DNA of 64,000 bases from the NCBI GenBank assembly GCA_020184695.1, contig JAANOX010000233.1:124001-188000 (forward strand), written 5' to 3'. This document shows, one piece after another, positions 1-10,561 of the stretch (its first letter is position 1; each line of letters opens with the position of its first letter). The notes under the pieces were generated by a model. That model saw nothing but the letters and a program-made list of their open reading frames with translations. It did not search any database and was not told the origin of the DNA. A program made the position numbers and the translations under genes. The stretch comes from Histomonas meleagridis 2922-C6/04-290x. Its lineage: Eukaryota; Protista; Parabasalia.

Positions 1-365
1 ATTATGATCATTATCAATTGAAAATGTTTTCTTAATTTATTTGACCGCATTATGCCATGTTGTATACCATATTGTTCGTCGTGCTGTTGCAAGAGAAAAA
101 GCGCCTGACTTCACTTTCTCCACTTTTTGAATGAACTCATAGAATTGTTTGTATGAGATGATTCAAAAAGTGGATTTTACAACGAGTAAAAGAAAATTTC
201 ATATGAGATTTATCAAAAAGTGAACTTTGTACTGAATTTTTAATTCCCTTCACTTTTTGATGGAACTCATAGAATTGTTTGTATATGAGAATTCAAAAGT
301 TTATTCCGTCACTTTCTTGTTGTTTATATGAGGGGGTGCCCCATTGTATCGTTTCCACTTTTTCA

Positions 366-1291
366 ATGGTTTATTTTTCAATGAAGAAGAACTCAAGTAA
401 CGACGATCCGAGAAATGGCATCGATATCCAAGCATTCCGTCAATCAATTAATGACAATGGAGTCGAAGATACACGGAAAATATTCCATATCAGTCGAGAG
501 AAGATCCATGCAATTTGCAAACTCGAGGGGATAGCAATTCCTAGCCGAGGGAGACCGTCAAAGGAAATCAAAGAAGAGAAGTTAATTTTTGCCTCGACTA
601 CAAAGACAAATACCATGTTGGCTACCAACGAACTGCTGAGTCTGCTAAGCGACATAACATTGCAACTACTGAGTGGTCAGTTAGGAAGATATTTACTGAA
701 CAGAAACTGCTTTGTTACAAGAAACCTGAAAAGCTCCCCAAAGAACATCTCCGTCTTTTCGTTGCAAAATATGCTAATCAGTTATGGCATGCAGATATTC
801 ACTATGTTACCATTGAAGGAGAACAATTTTATCTCCTTGGATTCATTGATGATCGTTCTCGCTTCCTGATCTATTATGAAGTCCTATCAAGTAAGACTTC
901 TGAAGCTTGTGCCACGGCGCTTATTAAAGCTCTAGGTTCTGTTGTACATCGACCTAAAATGCTGACTATTGATAATGGGGGAGAATTTACCGGCAATCCA
1001 TTTCAATTTATACTCCAGCTTTATGGTATTGAAGATTACCGTACTCACCCCTATACTCCAGAGGAGAATGGGAAAATAGAACGTTTTTGGTTGACGATTG
1101 AACGTGCCAAAGGACCAAATGTTGCATGGAGCATTCCTAAGATTAATAGCATAATTCATGAATATAATTATTTTTGGACGCATCGAAGTTTGAGAAAACT
1201 CACTCACCAATCCTCAACACCCTATGAAGCATGGCGCACAATGGATAGGTATACAGGTCAAACTGATGCTTGCATTGAAATGATTAAATAA
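366..1291 (+). CDS. IS481/rve-family DDE transposase, split by a -1 frameshift near 587-590
   Basis: Frame 0 from ATG 366 gives an N-terminal HTH-like part. Frame 2 is open 545-1291 and reads LDYKDKYHVGYQR...LWHADIHY...GFIDDRSR...TIDNGGEF...PYTPEENGKIERFW, the integrase core with D, D and E. Confidence 0.88.
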
Positions 1292-1464
1292 TTCCATCTC
1301 ATTTGATTTTTATTATTTTTTATGTTTACTTATATTATATAAGCCTAGTACTGATATGAACAACGATTGCTTAATTTTCATGTGCTTAATCGAACTGGAT
1401 GCATCCAGCTAGCTTGTGCTACTATATATTAATATATTGGTATTTTTTCTTCTATTATCAATAT

Positions 1465-1671
1465 ATGCCGATACCACTTTTTGAATATAACATTCAAAAA
1501 GTGGTATCGGCATGTTTTGTAAACCATTCAATTTTTAAATTTCGATGCACACATATAATATATTCGCTTAGTATCATTAAAAAGTTGCGACTACAAGCAG
1601 GATTAATAGTCGTTCACAGGCACGGACGGGCCGATACCACTTTTTGAGGGCACTCAAAAAGTGGTATCGGC
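1465..1671. repeat. Two subterminal perfect hairpins inside the transposon
   Basis: 1467-1511 GCCGATACCACTTTTTGAA-tataaca-TTCAAAAAGTGGTATCGGC and 1630-1671 GCCGATACCACTTTTTGAG-ggca-CTCAAAAAGTGGTATCGGC. Confidence 0.9.
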
Positions 1672-1952
1672 GATCATTTCGGGGCCCCCTGTCGTAAATG
1701 CAATTCAAAAAGTTCGTATGATATTTTTTTCTATTAACAAATAGAATTTATTCTATGAGATCATTCAAAAAGTGGAGAAAGTGAAGTCAGGCGCTTTTTT
1801 TCTTACCACATATTGATCGTCGTGCTACCTTTCGATAAAGTATACAATTCGATCGTCATCCCCTGTCGACTCAATATAATTATGTAAATCATTCAAATTG
1901 ATTGAGAATTTTTTCATTAGTGGGCATTTTAAAAAAAAGTACTTACCAAACA

Positions 1953-3353
1953 ATGGAGAAATACAAAAAAATCAAAATAATCCATAAAGACAAGAGTTCT
2001 AAAACCTTTATCGCTGAAGGCGTTCAAACAAAGGAAAAATTTCTAATATATAAAATTTCATCAGATTTTCACTCTTCCTCAAATGATCTTACTATCTTAG
2101 AAAGGTTAAAACATCCAAACATTGCTAAATTCATTGAATATATCGAACATAATAATTACTTATATTTAGTAACGGAATATTCCGTTACTGATGAAAATCT
2201 AAAGGAAAGAATAACAAGATTTCAGAAGACAAACATCTACATTCCCGAAGAAGAAGTTATGCGATATTTTATTCAGCTTTTATTTGCTGTTCAATATATA
2301 CATGGACAGAATGTTATTCATCGAGGTATAATTCCACAAAACATTTTTCTTACCAAACAAGACAACATCATGTTAGGAGGATTTTTAGAATCACGATATT
2401 TTGAATCTCGATGTTATACATTTACAGGAACCCCGATTTATATGCCACCAGAACAAATTAACTTCGACTCTTATGATTTGAAATATGACATATGGTCACT
2501 TGGGTGTGTTCTTTATGAGTTATGTATGCTTCATCCCCCATTTATGGGAAATGACTTTCGCACTTTAGCCACACAAATCAAAAATGGCAAATATGAATCA
2601 ATTTCAAGTCAATATAGCAAAGACATTTCGAGACTTGTTTCGTGGATGCTATCAAAGAATCCAATAAATCGGCCCACAGTTAATGAAATTCTTTCATTAC
2701 CATTTATCCAACAAAACATATATCGACTCATTAGACAAAATCTTATTAATGAAACACTTCCTGCGATTACAGAATATTTACAAGTTGAAATACCGAGTAT
2801 ATTAAACACGAACATTATGTTTATTGGTAAGAATAACGTTGGGAAAACAACTTTAATTAAAAACTTTGTAACAGAACAACAACAAAATGAAACCAAAATA
2901 TATAAAAAACAAGTTAAAATACAATCACAAATGTTTGATATGAAAATTATTGGTTTTGATGATGGAGATCCAATTGATGATAATATTTATCGAAATATAA
3001 ATGTATTCGTATACGTTTTTGCTATTGATGACAATGATTCATTTAATATTGATGAAATAGATCAAAATATTTCGAGATTAAATTCTTTAAATAGCAAAGC
3101 AACTTCTTTGTTGTGTAAAAACAAATGTGATAAAATCGAAAATCGTATTGTTTTATATGAAGATGCAGCACAAAAAGCAAGAAAGTTTGGCGCAGAATAT
3201 ATCGAAACTTGCGCTTTAGATAATAATAATGTGAATGAATTGTTCCAAAAGATAGCAAAAATGAGACTGGTAAAATTTATTAAGAATAATATGAAAATTG
3301 TTGATGATTTTTCTGATATATCAGAGAAAAAAAATAATTGTGTAATAGAATAA
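1953..3353 (+). CDS. NEK-like (pseudo)kinase fused to a C-terminal Ras/Rab-like GTPase domain
   Basis: Kinase fold (HPNIAKF, HRGIIPQNIF, GTPIYMPPE, DIWSLG) followed by P-loop GKNNVGKT, NKCD, ETCA and C-terminal CVIE. ATG 1953 is in frame with the listed ORF. Confidence 0.85.
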   Translation: MEKYKKIKIIHKDKSSKTFIAEGVQTKEKFLIYKISSDFHSSSNDLTILERLKHPNIAKFIEYIEHNNYLYLVTEYSVTDENLKERITRFQKTNIYIPEEEVMRYFIQLLFAVQYIHGQNVIHRGIIPQNIFLTKQDNIMLGGFLESRYFESRCYTFTGTPIYMPPEQINFDSYDLKYDIWSLGCVLYELCMLHPPFMGNDFRTLATQIKNGKYESISSQYSKDISRLVSWMLSKNPINRPTVNEILSLPFIQQNIYRLIRQNLINETLPAITEYLQVEIPSILNTNIMFIGKNNVGKTTLIKNFVTEQQQNETKIYKKQVKIQSQMFDMKIIGFDDGDPIDDNIYRNINVFVYVFAIDDNDSFNIDEIDQNISRLNSLNSKATSLLCKNKCDKIENRIVLYEDAAQKARKFGAEYIETCALDNNNVNELFQKIAKMRLVKFIKNNMKIVDDFSDISEKKNNCVIE

Positions 3354-3524
3354 AATGAAATTTTAATGATATAAAATATTATTTATGTCTAACAAGCAAA
3401 TTTTGCTAAAAGCAAATATGCTTTTTTTTTTTTTTTTTTTTTTATTTTATTTTATTTTATTTTATTTTTTATGGTTGTAGTATCCTAACTACTTTGTTTT
3501 ACACAAAAAGAAAAATATTATCAA

Positions 3525-3758
3525 AGTATTATGATGTGGGGTGCAATTGGTGCAAACTTTAGATCAAATTTTATGCTAACCACATGAAAATTCAGAGGAA
3601 TATGTAAGAATATTAAATGATAGCCAAATAATCGATAAATGTGACTGAAATATGGTCGCTATAAATGGAGCTTCATTGCATAATTCAAAGGAAAAGTAAT
3701 TTTAGTACCAGGATGGCCTCCAAACTCTCCAGACTTAAACCCTATTGAAAACATTTGA
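3525..3758 (+). mobile_element. Decayed Tc1/mariner transposase fragment
   Basis: Short frames read IMMWGAIGANFRS, NGASLHNSK and WPPNSPDLNPIENI*, hallmark Tc1 motifs interrupted by indels and stops. Confidence 0.75.
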
Positions 3759-3782
3759 TAATAATCACATGAATTATATATA

Positions 3783-3892
3783 TGATTAAAATATATTATA
3801 CGTGTTATTAGATTATGTTATTCATGTAATTAAAATATATTATCCATCTGATTAAAATACATTATACATATAATTAAAATATGTTATTCATG
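3783..3892. repeat. 22-bp minisatellite, about 5 copies
   Basis: Units TGATTAAAATATATTATACGTG, TTATTAGATTATGTTATTCATG, TAATTAAAATATATTATCCATC, TGATTAAAATACATTATACATA, TAATTAAAATATGTTATTCATG. Confidence 0.75.
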
Positions 3893-4280
3893 TGTTTATG
3901 AAAATGCACTCTTTAAGAGACAATTTAAACGTTTATCAAGACATTTGTTTTGTAAAGCATTTGTGAACTTCTCAATCTCGGATATTTTCTTTTGTGAAGC
4001 AAGCCAAACAAAAAGCAAACAGCTGTACAAATTAATAATATTTAATCCTATGTCCATCATAAAATATCAAAAAATCAAATTTTTCAAAAAAATGTATAAT
4101 TATACAGATTGAATGGAAATATTTTCTGAATTCGTCATGGACGGAAAACATTCGAAATTATTCAATTTACACGTAAAGTACTTAAAAAATCTAATTGAAT
4201 ACATAAATGGTCACTCGTATTTGAATTGACAAGGCTTTGTTTGGCTGTATATGCATACAATTCGATTTTAGTTTCTTTGC

Positions 4281-4848
4281 TGTTTACCAGCTGGACAGAA
4301 AACATTATAAATTATTTAATTTCAATATAAAGTATTGAAATATAAAAATAAAGCATGAATCAATCAAACAATGAAGGGTTCTGATCGTCATATATGAAAA
4401 AGCTTTGCATTTTCAATACATGACGATTAAAACTGATCGTGCCTTCGGCACTCGCAAAAATTATTATTTATTTGAAAGCATTCAAACAATTATAATTTCT
4501 TAATAATCTGTAGAAAAATTTATTTATGATCATCACTAAAAAAATTAAACCTTGCGGTTTATTCAATTTGGTGGACCGAATGGTTTTGTTTGACCATTAA
4601 CAGTACAAATTGGTGGAATTGTCGGATTCCAGTGATATCCTTTATTATATCGCTGAAAAGGAGTCATGTGGGTTTTTCCTTTTCTTACGGTTATTTGGGA
4701 CAGACCCATATGCCGCAGTTTGAATGTGCCAATCGGTATCAAATTGCATTGCTTTTCCTCCAGCTTTCACTTTTAAAATGACATGTTTTATCAATACTTT
4801 ATATTGGAATTGAATGCTTTCGAATGTTTTCTGTCCAGCTGGTAGACA
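4281..4848. mobile_element. MITE-like element with 26-bp TIRs and TGT...ACA ends
   Basis: 4281-4306 TGTTTACCAGCTGGACAGAAAACATT vs 4823-4848 AATGTTTTCTGTCCAGCTGGTAGACA, 25/26 inverted match. No TSD recognised. Confidence 0.6.
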
Positions 4849-4977
4849 CCCCAAATTCGTTGACACTTTTACTATCGACAAAAAGAACAAATATACATTT
4901 AAATTATTCTGAATACTTAATATACAGAAATTGAATAATTTCGAATCTTATCCGTCTACAACATATTTCTCCTAAAT

Positions 4978-5665
4978 TGTGATAACTTGAGATGTTTTCC
5001 ATATGAACTGTCGATATTTTTGTACTTTTTATATAGTTTACACACAACTGGCAAAATATTCAACGATCAAAATTTATTTAGCGAGTCATTACGTCAAAGT
5101 GTCATCCAACCTTTTCAATACTTTATACCAATGTAAACGATTCGATTATATTTTACACCAACGCCACTTCAACGTGAGAGATACGATAGAACTTTTTGAA
5201 CTTATTCAAAAAGTTTCATCGTATCTCTATCGTCGGTCTGAGAACGATAATTTATTGCCGATCCATAACCGTCGCCAAAAATTAATGTATTGAGGGTAAT
5301 GATCAACGATTATGGTTAATTTATCAAAGCAACTATTGATGCAAAGGAGTTAACTCATAAGAACAAATTTTCATGCAATTTTGTTAAGGTGGTTGTTCGA
5401 TCAATTGATCCACCCTCATCATCAACCACTAAGCTTTAATCAAATAATGCTTGATGTCAAACAGCACAAACCAAAATTATGAATCTGAGAATATTACACA
5501 AAATTCTCGAACGATAGCCCTCTACTATCATAACGGTCGACTAACATATTTTGACATCTGTAACTTTTTGACAGCTTTTTGATCACCTTTGCATCGACTT
5601 TTCCTGAGTGTAAAGTATTCAATTTGGAGACCGTTCATTTTTGGGAAACATCTCGGGTTACAACA
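4978..5665. mobile_element. Non-autonomous IS481EU-like element with 16-bp TSD
   Basis: TGT at 4978 and ACA at 5665. Imperfect TIRs (TGTGATAACTTGAGATGTTTTCC vs reverse complement of GGGAAACATCTCGGGTTACAACA). Flanks 4962-4977 CATATTTCTCCTAAAT and 5666-5681 CATATTTCCCCTAAAT match 15/16. Internal hairpin at 5177-5228. Confidence 0.8.
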
Positions 5666-5979
5666 CATATTTCCCCTAAATCCCTCATTTCAATTTTTTT
5701 CAATATCACACAAAATATTTACTTATTTAATTGTGCTTCAATAAAAACAATTTCGCCTAAAATATTTTATGGAAATAAAAAATGACATATACGATACAAC
5801 AAAAATTTGAAAATTTGTAATATTATGACACATTTTTACCAATACAATGAAATCAAAAAGCGGTAGAAGTCGTTGCCATGTTTACGGTGCCTCATCCTGC
5901 GGCACTCCGATGTCCATTTGCTTTTTCAGAACAATATCTAAAAGTGACACAACACCAAAAAATAGTTACTTTTTTAATA

Positions 5980-8900
5980 TTATTTACTTGCCTTGAAGTA
6001 CTTTGCAAGTTCAGCTATATTTCTTTTATAAGCCTTCACGCTCTCTGGCCTTTCCAACTCCTTTACCTCACCGTACACTTCGTCGATAATTTTAATTAAG
6101 TTCAAAGCGTTTTTCTTATTGACTTCTTTTGATACCATTAAAAACTTCACGAAGTCGATTATCATTTTCGGTATTTCATCGCTTTTGTTCTTTGCTGTAT
6201 TTCTTAAAATCCTTGATATCAACACTACGTTCATTTCTCCACCGAATATCAATGCCTTTTTCATACTGTCGAATATTTCTTCATCTTCGATAATTGTTTC
6301 GTTTGCATTTAACACTGCGTTTATCCAATAATTGGAAACTTTATTGTTCACTTTCTCGATGATTTTCTTTGTGAAGATCGTTGATATTTCGACGAGCATT
6401 TCGTCGCCATATAACATGAACATTGCCAAGTTATTTAATTGATTACTATTCGCATGTTTCGAGAAATATTTCTTCGATTGTAAACTTAATATGAATTCCA
6501 AAAATCCGTAATTTAACTTCTTTAAGTCGACGTCCTTAAATAAGAATCCGATGTCCAACAAATAACTAATTGTGTCAATAGGGAAATCAAATTTCCGAAT
6601 AATTCGTCCGATCTTCCGATAAAACTCTCCGAGATATACATCAATCGCATGGATGTCCTTTTGCGCTTCTTTCGACTTTAAGATCGCTAAAAACGCTTTG
6701 TTAACTAATGGCGAATCGCCGTGTTTGTTTATGATTGATGCGGAGACTTTCTCGGGATAACTTAACGCATAGAAGAAGACAATTAATAATAAATAATGGA
6801 TAGGAGCGATGGTCGTGCATGATAAAATCATTCGTTTGATCGATTTAAGGATTACTGAAACTTCTTCTTTACATTGATGAATTAACATGTTCAATAATAA
6901 GTTTTGATCTTTGGGAATTTCGTTGGGACTCAGAATCGGTTTAATGTATTTATACGCTAATAAACAATCAGACGGAATCATCTCGATTAAGATACACGTC
7001 GAGATTAATGTCGACGCTGTAAGTTCTTCGCCTTTAATCGCTATGTTATATAATGTTAATAAGGACGAGATTTGGCAATTGGAAACATATTTAGTAAAGT
7101 CAGTGAATATAAGTTTTTGTGCATATCGAATTAATGCTTCTTTTTTAACACATAAATTATATACATAATCAACAATAAATGGTTCAACACCATTACGGAT
7201 AAAGATGTCAAAGACTTGTTTCGTGGAACTCTTCGAATTCGTCATCGTCTTCCAAAATTCATCAAATCGGTCTGATGCAATTAATAAATCACGTGTTAAC
7301 TTAAGCCCAAATTCAATTAATTCATCTGGATTTGAAATATATTTCGCAGATGGGATTAATATATCTAACAAACGTAAGTGTGTCTCTGCATTTTGTTCTT
7401 GGCTGTTGTAAAACTCAATTGAATACTTTAGCATGCTATCGGCAAGGCCGTCAACTTTTTGTAAGAATAAACCGGCAATTTTATCGGTTGTAACTCCATC
7501 AAGTGAAATTTGAGGGTATTGCGATGAAATAAACTTTTTCAATGCACTGACGATATGCGGAGCGGTTTTGTCACTTATAAAGTAACAAAACAAAGTGAAA
7601 AAGTTTTTGTCTTCAATCGGATTTTCCATTAAAATTGATGCAATCATATCAGGTAATATTCGATATGCATAATTCATGATTTCTAAAAATTTGTCTGGAT
7701 AATATTGTGTTAATTTTTGGAAGAAAATTGGTGTGGCAGGTGAATCATAAGTGGTTTGTAACCGTAAAACCGATAGAATTGTGTCTATCGGCGTTTCAAA
7801 TCGTAATTGTGCTAAAAGTGTCGACAAAAGTGTATCGGAAATTTCGGGGCGCTCCACTTTAGCGTTGTCTAAAAGCATTGTTTGGCACTTTTCCATAAAC
7901 GGTGGAAATGATGTGATGCCTTCACATTTGACAATTTGTTGGGAAATGTTATCAAGAGTTTTAGCAAGTAAATGCATTTGATTCGAAAGAGAAGGATTTT
8001 CTTTGATTAAAGTTTCAAGAATTGACATTTGCATATTAATTGTATCAATTTTAACTTTATCAATGTTATTAACAGCACAAATTGACATGGCCTCAATCGC
8101 AGGAATGAACTTGACAGTTGGCTCGCCAGATAACCTTTCCATTATTTGGCCGAAATATTCAAAGTCTAAATATTGTAATGGCGAAAAATGGTCTACTTTT
8201 GTAAGTTTTGTACATAACAACAATGGTTGAACTGCATATTTACCTGCGTCATATAACAAAACAGGATTAATCATACAAGCAGTCATATTAAATAAGTATA
8301 CGCAACCCATTTTTTCACCTAAGTCAACTGATTCCTTTAACATTTTAGCCGAAAACTTTATTCTAGTTGTAGAAATTTTTCTTGATACAAAATTTAATGC
8401 TTTAAATCGTTCCATTTCTAATACCATTAATTGTCTAGGCTTTTTAATCCTAGGACAATCTTGTTTAATAAATGATTTTAATTCAGCATCAATTTGTCTA
8501 ATTAAAGCTTGCTCACTAATATCAAGGCTTTCCCAATCGGGGTGCTCCTTTTCGAAAACTATGCCAGTTTCACTTAATATGTCATATGCAAGTAAACGTA
8601 ACTTTGGGTTATTTGGGATATAAAGGCAATAATAACATAAACGATGAATCTTTGCATAAGGTATTACAACACTTAATCCATCAGTTGATTGACTTAAGTC
8701 CGTGTTTGGATTAGCTAATACTTTCATACAAGCCTGTAAAAATAATAATATGTTATAAAATGTATGATCTGTAAACGCTGCACGTGCTCCAACAACAAGA
8801 GTTTTGGCAAATATTGCTGTATGACTTGGTTCATGTGGTACAAAGAATTGTAAATCAATGTCCTTATTTACCGCAAAGTTAATAAATACTTGTAGTAAAT

Positions 8901-10077
8901 CCTTTGGACATTTTTGTTCTCGTAAAAATTGGTTGATGATTTTGAACGTTTCATTATGATCAACATTATAAAATGTTTCAAGGATAGACGTAATGATTTC
9001 TTTATCTTTGGCATCAAGCCGTGGTAAGTTTAAGACGGCTGAACGAAGTACTAATGAAAGGTAATTAAAATGTGCTGATTCTTTTGAACTTCCAGATTTA
9101 ACCACATCTTTAAGAAAACGCTCACAGACAAGAAGAGCTGGAGAAAACTCAATACCATTTGCCAATAAACGTACTAAGGTTGCAAATGATTTGGAATTAA
9201 TAATTTGTGTATTATTACTTAATAAGGAATAAAATGCAAACGTAGCAATAGCACGCATATTAGGAGATGTGGTAAGCTTTTCATTATCTAAAACAGAGGA
9301 ATAATTAAGAATTGGATCGTCGGGGTACCCCTTTAACGATAGAGCTTGGTAAACGGCCGCCTCAGTGATGACAAGTTCATGTTTGGGATCCATTTCATTG
9401 TTAACGAGAAGTGCTATAATAGTTCCGATAATAAATGAAGCACCATCTTCATTTGTGATAAGTGGCCATTCGATATATTTAATAAACATTAAGAATGGTT
9501 CATCTACAGGGATTTGTTGTGACCATTTTTGATCTGTGTTTTGTTGGATCCAACTGGCAACAACACCGGCGATTTGAACTTCATTATTCATTGATAAAAT
9601 TAAAGACCCAACAGCATATTTGAAAACACTTGAAATTATTTCGCTTGATGGATTCTCATTAGACACCTCTATTATTAATTGATAGTAGGTATTTAATATG
9701 TTTTGAATATTTGCCATTAAATGAAGAATTGCTTTTTGACCAAAAAACTTTACAACGTGAGACAAAAAAACAAACCTACGACAATTGTCAGTGGCTATAT
9801 TTTTTGAGGCTATTATTTCGAAAGCTTTTGAGTATAATTGACAAATATCTATAGCATCTGTTGGTGAAAATTTGAAGTACATTAAAACAAGGAAATCTAG
9901 GTAGTCATCAACTTTATTCCCTTGAGTTTCAAAGAAATCAATTTGAAGTTCAGATAATTTAATAAATTTTATTAAAAGATCTGCAATGCGACTTAAAACC
10001 TGAGGTTCAAATGTGTTAGAAACTATAATACTTTGGTTAGAACTTTCTTGTTCTGGGTTGTTGGGTTCGCTTGACAT
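5980..10077 (-). CDS. Large alpha-helical (ARM/HEAT-like) hypothetical protein, 1365 aa
   Basis: Long intact ORF with an ATG start and helical, Leu/Ile-rich composition. No family recognised. Confidence 0.85.
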   Translation of the reverse strand: MSSEPNNPEQESSNQSIIVSNTFEPQVLSRIADLLIKFIKLSELQIDFFETQGNKVDDYLDFLVLMYFKFSPTDAIDICQLYSKAFEIIASKNIATDNCRRFVFLSHVVKFFGQKAILHLMANIQNILNTYYQLIIEVSNENPSSEIISSVFKYAVGSLILSMNNEVQIAGVVASWIQQNTDQKWSQQIPVDEPFLMFIKYIEWPLITNEDGASFIIGTIIALLVNNEMDPKHELVITEAAVYQALSLKGYPDDPILNYSSVLDNEKLTTSPNMRAIATFAFYSLLSNNTQIINSKSFATLVRLLANGIEFSPALLVCERFLKDVVKSGSSKESAHFNYLSLVLRSAVLNLPRLDAKDKEIITSILETFYNVDHNETFKIINQFLREQKCPKDLLQVFINFAVNKDIDLQFFVPHEPSHTAIFAKTLVVGARAAFTDHTFYNILLFLQACMKVLANPNTDLSQSTDGLSVVIPYAKIHRLCYYCLYIPNNPKLRLLAYDILSETGIVFEKEHPDWESLDISEQALIRQIDAELKSFIKQDCPRIKKPRQLMVLEMERFKALNFVSRKISTTRIKFSAKMLKESVDLGEKMGCVYLFNMTACMINPVLLYDAGKYAVQPLLLCTKLTKVDHFSPLQYLDFEYFGQIMERLSGEPTVKFIPAIEAMSICAVNNIDKVKIDTINMQMSILETLIKENPSLSNQMHLLAKTLDNISQQIVKCEGITSFPPFMEKCQTMLLDNAKVERPEISDTLLSTLLAQLRFETPIDTILSVLRLQTTYDSPATPIFFQKLTQYYPDKFLEIMNYAYRILPDMIASILMENPIEDKNFFTLFCYFISDKTAPHIVSALKKFISSQYPQISLDGVTTDKIAGLFLQKVDGLADSMLKYSIEFYNSQEQNAETHLRLLDILIPSAKYISNPDELIEFGLKLTRDLLIASDRFDEFWKTMTNSKSSTKQVFDIFIRNGVEPFIVDYVYNLCVKKEALIRYAQKLIFTDFTKYVSNCQISSLLTLYNIAIKGEELTASTLISTCILIEMIPSDCLLAYKYIKPILSPNEIPKDQNLLLNMLIHQCKEEVSVILKSIKRMILSCTTIAPIHYLLLIVFFYALSYPEKVSASIINKHGDSPLVNKAFLAILKSKEAQKDIHAIDVYLGEFYRKIGRIIRKFDFPIDTISYLLDIGFLFKDVDLKKLNYGFLEFILSLQSKKYFSKHANSNQLNNLAMFMLYGDEMLVEISTIFTKKIIEKVNNKVSNYWINAVLNANETIIEDEEIFDSMKKALIFGGEMNVVLISRILRNTAKNKSDEIPKMIIDFVKFLMVSKEVNKKNALNLIKIIDEVYGEVKELERPESVKAYKRNIAELAKYFKASK

Positions 10078-10540
10078 CCAAGAGACGATTGCAAGGGCAA
10101 ACTAGCTTTTTGAATGGATCAAGGGGAATTTTGAAAACTTAAGCTGAAAACAAAATGCACTTTAGACTTTGCTTATAAATTTGCACATTAACTTCATTAT
10201 GTGAAATAATTTGTTATCATCTCCTCAATATTGTATTTTTCAAATTTGAGTTAACTTTTTGTTTATTTCATTTAAGTAATTATTTCATTATATCGATATA
10301 ATGATCTCAATACCTATAATAAATGATAAGAACTCAAAATAAATGATTAAATAGATTAATTAAAATTAGATTATATTAAAAAAAAATATTGAAAATGTTT
10401 ATCTAACAAATATAAAAATAATTTAATAAAACATGAATCAAAATCAAAAATATTAATAACCTTATGTAGGCTTTGTATACTTATATGTCTAATCGCTAAA
10501 TGCTGAAAATATTTGGATTTAAGTATTTGACCAAATAATA

Positions 10541-10548
10541 AAAGTGAC
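10541..10548 (+). promoter_or_regulatory. M2-type core promoter motif AAAGTGAC
   Basis: Exact match to the T. vaginalis M2 motif, 14 nt upstream of the Sec13 ATG (10562). Confidence 0.55.
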
Positions 10549-10561
10549 GTCCATTTTACCA

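Larger units (their letters stand above)
85..1810 (+). mobile_element. IS481EU-like DNA transposon, full length (TGT...ACA ends, 60-bp TIRs, 15-bp TSD)
   Basis: TIRs 85-144 and 1751-1810 are near-perfect reverse complements. Ends are TGT and ACA. Flanks 70-84 TATTGTTCGTCGTGC and 1811-1825 TATTGATCGTCGTGC match 14/15 (TSD). Encodes an rve-type DDE transposase. Confidence 0.92.

Noticed and set aside
279-869. 196-aa ORF as a stand-alone gene
   Set aside because: Only the part from about 366 to 590 is transposase. The rest is off-frame read-through of the integrase core.
1399-1647. 82-aa ORF in the transposon 3' region
   Set aside because: Overlaps the subterminal hairpins, has hydrophobic AT-biased composition and no recognisable motif.
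3418-3472. Poly-T / (TTTTA)n tract
   Set aside because: Simple low-complexity sequence.
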